A DNA stretch of 64,000 nucleotides from Squalus acanthias (taxonomy: Eukaryota), in assembly GCA_030390025.1 (NCBI GenBank), contig CM059432.1, positions 139,874,001 to 139,938,000 on the forward strand, in the 5' to 3' direction. The translations under genes and the position numbers were made by a program. Below, piece after piece: positions 39,046-49,399 of the stretch (positions are counted from its first letter, which is position 1; the number at the start of each line of letters is the position of its first letter). Below the pieces are notes generated by a model, which saw only the letters and a program-made list of their open reading frames with translations, ran no database searches and was not told the DNA's origin.

Positions 39046-40327
39046 AACACGGATTTATGAAAGGGAAATTGTGTTTGACAAATCTGTTAGAGTTTTTTGA
39101 GGTTGTAACTAGCAGAATAGATAAGGGGGAACCAGTGGATGTGGTGTATTTGGATTTTCAGAAGGCATTCGATAAGGTGCTACACAAGAGGTTGTTAAAC
39201 AAAATTAGGGCTCATGCGATTGGGGGTAATATACTAGCATGGATTGAGGATTGGTTAACGGACAGAAAACAGAGAGTAGGAATAAACGGGTCATTTTCGG
39301 GTTGGCAGGCTGTAACTAGTGGGGTACTGCAAGGATCAGTGCTTGGGCCTCAGCTATTCACAATCTACATCAATGATTTGGATGAGGGGACCAAATGTAA
39401 TATATCCATGTTTACTGATGATACAAAGCAGGGTGGGAATGTAAGTTGTAAGGAGGATGCAAGAGGCTTCAAGGGGATATAGACAGGCTAAGTGAGTGGA
39501 CAAGAATATGGCAAATGGAATATAATGTGGAGAAATGTGAAGTTATCCACTTTGGTAGGAAAAATAGAAAAGCAGAGTATTTTTTAAATGGTGAGAGATT
39601 GGGAAATGTTGGTATCCTTGTACATGAATCACTGAAAGTTAACATGCAGGTACTGCAAGCAATTAGGAAAGCAAATGGTATGTTGGCCTTTATTACAAGA
39701 GGATTTGAGTATAAGAGTAAAGACATCTTACTGCAATTATATAGGGCCCTGGTGAGACCACACCTGGAGTATTGTGTACAGTTTTGGTCTCCTTACCTAA
39801 GGAAGGATATACTTGCTATAGAGGGAGTGCAACGAAGGTTCACCAGACTGGTTCCTGGGATGGGGAGATTGTCCTATGAGGAGAGATTGAGTAGACTAGG
39901 CCTATATTCGAGAGTTTAGAAGAATGAGAGGTGATCTCATTGAAACATACAAAATTCTTACAGGGTTTGACAGGGTAGATGCAGGGAGGATCTTTCCCCT
40001 GGCTGGGGAGTCAAGAACCAGGGGTCACAGTCTCAGAATAAGGGGTCGGCTATTTAGGACTGAGATGAGGAGAAATTTCTTCACTCAGAGGGTGGTGAAT
40101 CTTTGGAATTCTCTACCTCAGAGGGCTGTGGAGGCTCAGTCGTTGAGTATATTCAAGACAGAGATCGATAGATTTTTGAATATTATGGGAATCAAGGGAT
40201 ATGGGGATAGTTCAGGAAATTGGAGATGAGGTAGAAGATCAGCCATGATCTTATTGAATGGCGGAGCAGGTTCGAAGGGCCAAATGGCCGACTCCTGCTC
40301 CTAATTCTTATGTTCTTATGTTATGTT
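39046..40327 (+). mobile_element. CR1 LINE 3' portion, same subfamily as 23231-24770
   Basis: Near-identical RT peptides; TTCTTATG tail. Confidence 0.95.
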
Positions 40328-42004
40328 CTCTCCGCACAACTGGAGGCAGCAGGAACTAACCGGAGGGAGAGAAGTCCACCTACATGTTCTAACCCCCATG
40401 GAGGAACGGTGCTGGCCGTTATGGGAAGGGCCACTGCTGAGGCCGTGGCCACCGGCGAGGCTGAAGCCATTGAAGATGAGGGTATGTGCATACCTAAACC
40501 CCCTTCTCTCATCCCACTTCTTCCTCATCCCACAGTCTCTTCTGACTGAGAAGCTGCTGATGGTGTAAGCATACACTACCTACTTTCTCCTCTCCCCTCA
40601 CCACAACCCGACCCTTGTTCCTTTTTCGTTTCAGATACCCAAGAACTGCAACCTGCCCAGGCAGTGGAGGAAGAGCACGAAGACAGTGAAGATGAAGACA
40701 CACCGTCACTCGATTGCACAGTCGCAGCCACCAGCTCAGCTACTGACACTGCGTGTAATTTCGAGGATAGGATAGAGGCGGGATCTGCACATGGTGAGAC
40801 ACTGGGCACAAGTGCAGCCAGTTCAGGGGGCAAAGATAGAGGATAGCGCAGGTGCCAGCTCGCTGGAGGGCGAGGTCGCACACTAGTTCTGCTGCAGAGG
40901 ACTCAGATGATGACTTCGATGGGTCAGGCTACAGAAGGCTGCTGGATGTACACAACTAAATGCTTGGTGCACCGGAAAGCCTGCCAGAAAGCCTGCCTTC
41001 AATGTCAAGGAGCAAGGAGGAGTCTGGCACCAACTTGGCTCAGGGCTTTCCAACATGGAATGGGTGGCCACCTCCATCAACACACCTGTGAAGCCAGCCA
41101 TGATGCAGCGTCTGATGGCCGATATCTCAGCTTCCATTGCAGCACAAGCAGCAATCACCCAACGTCTGAGTGCTGCCATGGAAGCTCAGACTGCTGCCAT
41201 CATAGCTCTGAATACCAGTGTGCAACGGGGCTTCCAGCACATCACAGCACTCCTGCAATCTGTTCTCCAACAAATCTGCTTCCTAAAGACCCTCTGCGGA
41301 TATGGCCTCCTTCTAAGACCCTTCTCCCTCTGCTCCTCCTCCCTCTTCTAGCAGCTTGTCCTGTTCTGCGTGGCTCATTTTCCCAGTCATGCTCAATACC
41401 AAGAGGAAGCCCTACTAGGTCACACAGGTCTGGAAGCAACTGGTTTGTGCACAAACCTTTAAATCACCAAAAAAGTACTTCAGCACTAGCAGAGCACGCC
41501 CTGTAGATTATTGAAACTTTTAACAAGTATGGAAAAGCACCCAAAATGTGTAGAATTGCAGCAGCCAGAATAAATGATCCAGCAATTAAATTGTAAGCGG
41601 TTGATGATCCTTTTAAATAGCACTGGTGGGGAGTTCTTCATGCCCTTGAACGTGTTTCAGCTGTGGGTGGTTAAGAGAGGGCGTAGACTGGAGCATGGAG
41701 CTCCAAAATGGCAGCACTGGCATCAAATCAGCATTGCATACTGATTGACGTCATGATCTGTCTGCTCTGCATATTTCCGGCAGACGTTAGGTATGTACGC
41801 ACTAACCTCTTTACCAATATGGCGTCCGGCGTACTTAGCGTCAGAAGTGTGCGTGTGCACCACAGATGCCATTTTGGAACCTTAAGGGGCCTCGTAGTGC
41901 CCAAAAAACTGGCGCTACCAAGCCCAATTACGCCCCCATTGTCTCAGAGAAGGAAGGTGTAACCAGAACTCAAGCAGCTGCTCCCTCATGGCTAGTGTTG
42001 TAAT

Positions 42005-42200
42005 GATGCGGAGATGCCGGTGTTGGACTGGGGTGGACAAAATTGAGAGGTCGCACAACACCAGGTTATAGTCCAACAGTTTTATTTGAAATCACAAGCT
42101 TTCGGAGCTATCGATTTGCTCCTTCCTTCACCTGAGGAAGGAGCAAATCGATAGCTCCGAAAGCTTGTGATTTCAAATAAAACTGTTGGACTATAACCTA
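42005..42200. mobile_element. fold-back hammerhead-bearing element (family B); ribozyme 42128-42170 on +
   Basis: TCAC-CTGAGGA-A-GGAGC-AAATCGATA-GCTCC-GAA-AGCT-T-GTGA; TSD CTAGTGTTGTAATG at 41992-42005 and 42198-42211. Confidence 0.85.
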
Positions 42201-42429
42201 GTGTTGTAATGCCATTAAACAATTTTCAGGCAGGCCTGTAAATGGGCACAGAGGTGTGCCCGCACAAAGCATAAGGAGGCTACTTACATGTGCAAATCTA
42301 TGCTAGTTCTGGGGCCCTGTTTGCAATTTTCAGGTCCAAATAGGTGGAGTAAATGCGTTGAAATACCTGCCAACTGTTTCATAGAAGATTGTTAGATGAT
42401 ATGAAAGCTCATCAGTGTACAAAGAACTA

Positions 42430-42745
42430 GAGACTTGCATTTATATTGCGCCTTTCATGACCTCAGGATGTCCCCAAGCGCTTTATAGCCAATTAAGTAT
42501 TTTTGAAGTATAGTTGCTATTGTAATGTAGGAAACACGGCAGCCAATATGCACACAGCAAGCTCCCACAAGCAGCAATGAAATAAATGACCAGACAATCT
42601 GTTTTAGTGATGTTGATTGAGGCATAAATGTTGGCCCAGGACACCGGGAGAACTTCCCAGCTCTTCTTTGAATAGTGCCTGTGGGATCTTTTACATCTAC
42701 CTGAGAGGGCAGACGGGGCCTCGATTTAATGTCTCATCCAAAAGA
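42430..42745 (-). mobile_element. DeuSINE split by CR1 (continues at about 49270-49318)
   Basis: GTCTCATCCAAAAGA | AAAAGATGGCACCTTTGACAATGCAGC is contiguous in the other copies. Confidence 0.8.
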
Positions 42746-44569
42746 ACATAAGAATTAGGAGCAGGAGTAGGCCATACGGCCCTTCGAACCTGCTCCGCCA
42801 TTCAATAAGATCATGGCTGACCTTCGACCTCAACTCCACTTTCCTGCCCGATCTCCATATCCCTTGATTCCCTTAGAGTCCAAAAATCTATCTCTCTCAG
42901 CCTTGAATATACTCAACCATTCAACACCCATAGCCCTTTGGGGTAAAGAATTCCAAAGATTCACAACCCCCTGAGTGAAGAAATTCCTCCTCATCTCAAT
43001 CTTAAAAGGCTGACCCCTTATCCTGAGACTATGCCCCCTAGTTCTAGACTCTCCAGCCAGGGGAAACAATCTCTCAACATCTATCCTGTCAATCCTCCTC
43101 AGAATCTTATATACTTCAATGAGATCACCTCTTATTCTTCTGAACTCCAGAGAGTATAGGCCCAATCTACTCAATCTCTCCTCATAGGACAACCCTCTCA
43201 TCCCAGGGATCAATTTAGTGAACCTTTGTTGCACCGTCTCCAAGGCACGTATATCTTTCTTTAGATAAGGAGCCCAAAACTGCACAGTACTACAGGTGTG
43301 GTCTCACCAAAGCCCTGTACAATTGTAGCAAGACTTCCTTACTCTTGTACTCCAATCTCCTTGCAATAAAGGCCAACATGCCATTTACCTTCCTAATTGC
43401 TTGCTGTACCTGTATGCTAGTTCTCTGTTTGTTGTAGTAGGTTGCCTATGTTTCTGTGGAGAACAACACTTAATAGTTTCTAACCATTTAAAAAAATATT
43501 CTGTTATCCTATTCTTCCTACCAAAGTGAATAACCTTACATTTCCCCACATTATAATCCATTTGCCACCTTATTGCCCACTCACTTAACCTGTCTATATC
43601 CCTTTGCAGGCTCTTTATGTCCTCCTCACAGCTTACTTTCCCATCTAGCATTGTATCATCAGCAAACTTGGATACCTTACACTCGGTCCCTTCATCTAAA
43701 TCATTAATATAAATTGTAAATAGCTGTCGCCCAAGCACTGATCCTTGCGGCACCCCACTAGTTACAGCCTGCCAACCAGAAAATGACCTCTTTATCCCTA
43801 CTCTCTGTTTTCTGTCCGTTAACTAATCCTCTATCCATGCTAATACATTACCCCCAACCCCATGAGCCCCTATCTTGCATAACAACCTTTTATGTGATAC
43901 CTTATCAAATACCTTTTGGAAATCCAAATATACTACATCCACTGGTTCCCCTTTATCTACCCTGCCAGTTACATCTTCAAAAAACTCTAATAAATTTGTC
44001 AAACACAATTTCCCTTTCATAACATCATGTTGACTCTACCTAATCATATTATGATTTTCTAAGTGACCTGTTACCACTCCTTAATAATGGATTCCAGCAT
44101 TTTCTCGACGACTGATGTCAGGCTAACTGGCCTGTAGTTCCTGGTTTTCTCTTTCCCTCATTTCTTGAATAGCGGGGTTACATTTTCTGCCTTACAATCC
44201 GCTGGGACCATTCCAGAATCTGGGGAATTTTAGAAGATCACAACCAATTCATCCACTATCTCTGCAGTCACCTCTTTTAGAACCCTAGGATGTAGGCCAT
44301 CAGGTCCAGGGGATTTGTCAGCTTTTAGTCCCATTAGTTTTCCAAGTACTTGTTCTCTACTGATCTTAATTATTTTAACTTCCTCATTCTCATTAGCCCC
44401 TTGGTTCCCCACTATATCTGGTATGCTTCTTGTGTCTTCTACTAAGAAGACAGATACAAAACATTTGTTTAAAGTCTCTGTCATTTCCTTATTCCCCATT
44501 ATAATTTCTCCTGTCTCAGCTTCTAAGGGACCAACGTTTACTTTTGCTACTTTCTTCCTTTTTGCAACC

Positions 44570-46945
44570 TAAAAATGAGGTGCCAACCTGGGGAAGCTGC
44601 AACACAGGACTACATGCCTGCTAAAAAGCGAAGCAGCATGCTATAGACAGAGCTAAGCGATCCCACAATCAACGGATCTGCAGTCCTGCCACATCCAGTC
44701 GTGAATGGTGGTGGACCATGAAACAACTAATTGGAGGAGGAGGCTCCATGAATATCCCCATCCTCAGTGATAGTGGAGCCCAGCACATGAGTGCAAAAGA
44801 CAAGGCTGAAGCATTTGCAACCATCTTCAGCCAAAAGTGCCGAGTGGATGATCCATATCGGCCTCCTCCTGAAGTCCCCACCATCACAGAAGCCAGTCTT
44901 CAGCCAATTCGATTCACTCCACGTGATATCAAGAAACGGCTGAGCGCACTGGATATAGCAAAGGCTGTGGGCCCTGACAACATCCCTGCTATCGTGCTGA
45001 AGACTTGTGCTCCAGAACTAGCCGCGCCTCTAGCCAAGCTTTTCCAGTACAGCTACAACACTGGCATCTATCCGACAATGTGGAAAACTGCCCAGGCTTG
45101 TCCTGTCCACAAAAAGCAGGACAAATCCAATCCGGCCAATTACCGCCCCATCAGTCTACTCTCAATCATCAGCAAAGTGATGGAATGTGTCATCGACAGT
45201 GCTATCAAGCGGCACTTACTCACCAATAACCTGCTCACTGATGCCCAGTCTGGGATCCGCCAAGACCACTTGGCTTCCGACCTCATTACAGCCTTGGTCC
45301 AAACATGGACAAAGGAGCTGAATTCCAGAGGAGAAGTGAAAGTGACTGCCCTTGACATCAAGGCAGCATTTGACCGAGTGTGGCATGAAGGAGCCCTAGT
45401 AAAACTGAAGTCAATGGGAATGGGGGGGGAAAACTGTCCATTGGTTGGAGTCATACCTAGCACAAAGGAAGATGGTTGTGGTGATTGAAGGTCAATCATC
45501 ACAGCCCCAGGACATCACTGCAGGATTTCCTCAGGGCAGTGTCCAAGGCCCAACCATCTTCAGCTGCTTCATCAATGACCTTCCCTCCAACATAAGGTCA
45601 GAAATGGGGATGTTCGCTGATGACTGCACAGTGTTCAGTGCCATTCACAACTCCTCAGATAATGAAGCAGTCCATGCCTGCATGCAACAAGACCTGGATG
45701 ACGTTCAGGCTTGGGCTGATAAGTGGCAGGTAAAATTTGCGCCAGAGAAGTGCCAGGCAATGACTATCTCCAACAAGCGAGAGTCTAACCACCACCCCTT
45801 GACATTCAATGGCATTGATGTGGAGATGCCGGTGTTGGACTGGGGTGGACAAATGTGAGAAGTCGCACAACACCAGGTTATAGTCCAACAGTTTTATTTG
45901 AAATCACAAGCTTTCGGAGCGCTGCTCCTTCGTCAGGTGAAGTGAAGAGATGTATATAGGCACAGCTTATATAGTCAGAGAACATGTTCTCTGACTATAT
46001 ATGCTGTCATGATGCGGAGATGCCGGTGTTGGACTGGGGTGGACAAAATTGAGAGGTCACACAACACCAGGTTATAGTCCAACAGTTTTATTTGAAATCA
46101 CAAGCTTTCGGAGCCCCTTCCTCAGGTGCCTATATACATCTCTTCACTTCACCTGACGAAGGAGCAGTGCTCTGAAAGCTTGTGATTTCAAATAAAACTG
46201 TTGGACTATAACCTGGTGTTGTGCGACTTCTCACATTCAATGGCATTAGCATTGCTCAATCCCCCACTATCAACATCCTGGAGGTTACCATTGACCAGAA
46301 ACTTAACTGGACCAGCCACATAAATACTGTGGCAACAAGAGCAGGTCAGAGGCTAGGTATTCTGCAACGAGTGTCTCACCTCCTGACTCCCCAAAGCCTT
46401 TCCACTATCTACAAGGCACAAGTAAGGAGTGTGATGGAATACTCTCCACTTGCCTGGATGAGTGCAGCTCCAACAACACTCAAGAAGCTCAACACCATCC
46501 AGGACAAAGCAGCCCACTTGATTGGCACCCCATCTACCACCTTAAATTCACTCCCTCCACCATCAGCGTACCGTGGCTGCAGTGTGTACCATCTACAAGA
46601 TGCAGTGCAGCAACTCGCCAAGGCTTCTTCGGCAGCACCTCCCAAACCCGCGACCTCTTCCATCTAGAAGGACAAGGGCAGCAGACGCATGGGAACACCA
46701 CCACCTCCAAGTTCCCCTCCAAGTCACACATCATCCTGACTTAGAAGTATATCGCGATCCTTCATCGTCACTGGGTCAAAATCCTGGAACTCCCTACCTA
46801 AGAGCACTGTGGAGTACCTTCACTACACGCACTGCAGCGGTTCAAGAAGGCAGCTCACCACCACCTTCTCAAGGGCAATTAGGGATGGGCAATAAATGCT
46901 GGCCTTGCCAGCGACGCCCACATCCCATAAGTGAATTAAGAAAAA
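44570..46945 (+). mobile_element. 5'-truncated CR1/L2-group LINE of a second lineage
   Basis: GPDNIP, NYRPISLLSIISKVME, DIKAAFDRVWH, PQGSVQGP, MFADD; A-rich 3' end. Confidence 0.9.
45817..46237. mobile_element. fold-back hammerhead element (family B) with ribozymes on both strands and a nested monomer at 46008-46127
   Basis: Palindrome centre AGAACA|TGTTCT (45984/45985); ribozymes 45904-45940 (-) and 46149-46185 (+); TSD ACATTCAATGGCATT at 45802-45816 and 46233-46247. Confidence 0.88.
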
Positions 46946-47336
46946 TAAACTACTCCCACCACTGTTTTCTGCCCCTTGTTATTTCTTATCTCCACCCATT
47001 CTACTTCCTGATCTTCCGAGCCAAGATCCTTTCTCACTACTGTCCTTATGTCATCCTTTATTATCAGGGCTACCCCCCCCCTCCTTTTCCAGTCTGCCTG
47101 TCTTTTTGAAACATCAAGTACTCTGGAATATTTAGTTCCCACCCTTGGTCACCTTGCAACCACGTCTCTGTAATGGCTATTAGATCATACCCATTTATCT
47201 CTATTTGTGTCACTAATTCGTCTATCTTGTTACAAATGTTTCGTGCATTCAGATAAAGAGCCTTTAGTTTTAACTTTTTACCATTATTCCCTGCTTTCAC
47301 CTTATGCGCTGATGCACTATTACCTTTAAACTCTCT

Positions 47337-48109
47337 GGGCTAAAAATTGAGTCGCGCCCCATTTGGGGCGCTAACCTCGCCGGGGCGCTACTTTTAGCGC
47401 CCCGAAAAAATTAGCAGCCCCGCGCCGGAACTTCAGTGGTTGCGCCCCAAGAGGGAAGCGGGGCGCCACTGGAAGCAGCCCGCATCCCTCTTGGGGCGCT
47501 GCGAGTGAATATCCTGGCGCTACGTGCCGCAGCGCCACGCGCTGCGGCACGTCGCGCCGCGGTATTGCAGGCCTTCCTCCCCTTCTTAAAGGGGAGGGAC
47601 CCTGCGCAGTGCGAACCGGGGCCCAGCTGGGCCCCCAGGGATCGGGAGTGCCGGCAAAAGAGCCCGGCACTCAAGAGAAGTGCCGGGCTCTTGGAGCGCA
47701 GCCGGCACTTCACGGTGGGGGGGCTTCACGGGGGCCGGGGACAGCAACGGGGGCAGGTGCTGGCAGGCGGCCAGCAACAAAAATGGCCGCCTGCCACCTC
47801 CCCTTTAAATATCGCCGCCCCGGCCGCACGTACGCCTCCCTGAACCCGTCGGACATAGCGTCTGGCGGTAAATCAGGGGGCGCGACTGAAGATCGCGGCT
47901 GGAGCGCGAGCGGGGTGCTGCGCACAGCGATGACGTCATCGCCGGTGGCGCAGCGCCACAGGGCGCTACCGGCTGGCGCCGCCGCTAACCTCCCGCTGAA
48001 TTTTGCGGGAGGCGTGGGCGGCGCTGCGCCCGGGCGTTAGCTGCTTTACGCCCCATTAGCGCCCTCTTAGGGCGCTAACGGGAGGCGCAAGCAGCTGAAT
48101 TTTTCCCCC
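47337..48109. mobile_element. young GC/CpG-rich PIF/Harbinger-like MITE, copy 1
   Basis: GGGCTAAAAATT / AATTTTTCCCCC termini, TCT TSD, splits the CR1. Confidence 0.88.
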
Positions 48110-49399
48110 TCTGTCCCTTCCTGTTACACACTGCTTATCGTTGCCCAATTCACTACCCTGCTCTATTGCCTTGACTTTTCTCTTTAGATTACTAAATTTC
48201 CCCATACCTGTCCCCTCCCCCCCTTTTTAGTTTAAAGCCCTATCTACAGCCCTAGTTATTCGATTCGCCAGGATACTGGTCCCAGCCCCGTTTAAGTGGA
48301 GCCCGTCCCAACGGAACAGCTTCTTCTTTCCCCAGTACTGGTGCCAGTGCTCCATGAATCGAAACCCCTTCCTCCCACACCACTCTTTGAGCCACGCATT
48401 TAACTCTCTGATCTGCTTGTCCCTGTGCCAATTTACACGTGGGTCAGGTAGTAATCCAGAGATTATTACCTTTGAGGTTCTGCTTACTAATTTAGACTCT
48501 AGCTCCTCAAACTCTCGCAGCAGAACCACATTCTTTGTTCTACCCATGTCGTTGGTTCCTACATGGACCACGACAACTGGATCATTCGCCTCCCACTCCA
48601 AGCTCTTCTCCAGCCGCGAGGAGATGTCCTTAACCCTAGCACCTGGCAGGCAAAAAGCCTTAGGGACTTCTGCTCGCGGCTGCAGAGAACAGTATCTATC
48701 CCCCTGACTATACTGTCGACTGCCACGACTACATTTCTTTTTACTCCCCCCACTTGAATTGTCTCCTGTACCACATCCTCCCTGCAGTCCTTGTTCTCAT
48801 CCATAGAGGTAGCAAGTATCTCGTACCTGTTGGACAAGGTCAAGGGCTGATGCTCCTCCATCACTACATCCTGGGTCCACATACCTGCCTGACTCGCATT
48901 CACACCCTCCTGAACCCTGACCATTGACTAAATTTAAAGAACTACTTAACCTAAGAGGTCTGACTGCCTCCTGGAACGAAGTGTCCAGGTAACTCGCTCC
49001 CTCCCTGATGCAGCGCAGTGTCTGCAGCTCGGACTCCGGCTCAACAACTCTGAGCCGAAGTTCCTCGAGATGCAGACACTTACCGCAGATGTGGTTGCCA
49101 GGGATCACGCTGCTCTCCACAAACTCCCACATGTTGCAGTTACGACACACCACCTGCCCTGCCGTCTCTATCTAACCCTATTTTATTTATTTAATTAGTT
49201 AAAGTTTTTATTCAATCGAGTATTTTTCGTTTTAATTAGTTAATCTAGTTTAAGTTATTAAGAAGTTATAAAAAAAGATGGCACCTTTGACAATGCAGCG
49301 CTCCCTCAGTAGTGCACAGTACAAATACTTGGGGGTGAAAAGCCATTGGAGAAGCCCACACAAACAGAGAACCAGGGAAAATTAGAGAAAGAGGTAAAA

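Larger units (their letters stand above)
34493..41351 (+). pseudogene. Harbinger Myb/SANT-like DNA-binding protein pseudogene (exons about 34493-34732, 40329-40481, 40635-41351)
   Basis: APRFSDAALEVLVEEV..WEQIAAEVNA..QCWKKFNDL; HNWRQQELTGG..LTPMEE; GT-AG boundaries at 34733, 40482 and 40634. Confidence 0.8.
34197..41937 (+). mobile_element. PIF/Harbinger transposon (Myb gene retained, transposase deleted) carrying nested LINEs
   Basis: Imperfect TIRs GGGCTATAAATTGG / CCAATTACGCCCCC; three-exon Myb/SANT-like gene. Confidence 0.7.
42746..49270 (-). mobile_element. formerly near full-length CR1 LINE (ORF1 Zn finger/zipper plus SGNH esterase; ORF2 EN-RT) with nested insertions
   Basis: CRNC..HICGKC..LEELRLRV; VVHVGTND..DGLHLN; LYLNARNICNKIDEL; KSPGPDGLHPRVLKE; KFADD. 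Confidence 0.93.
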
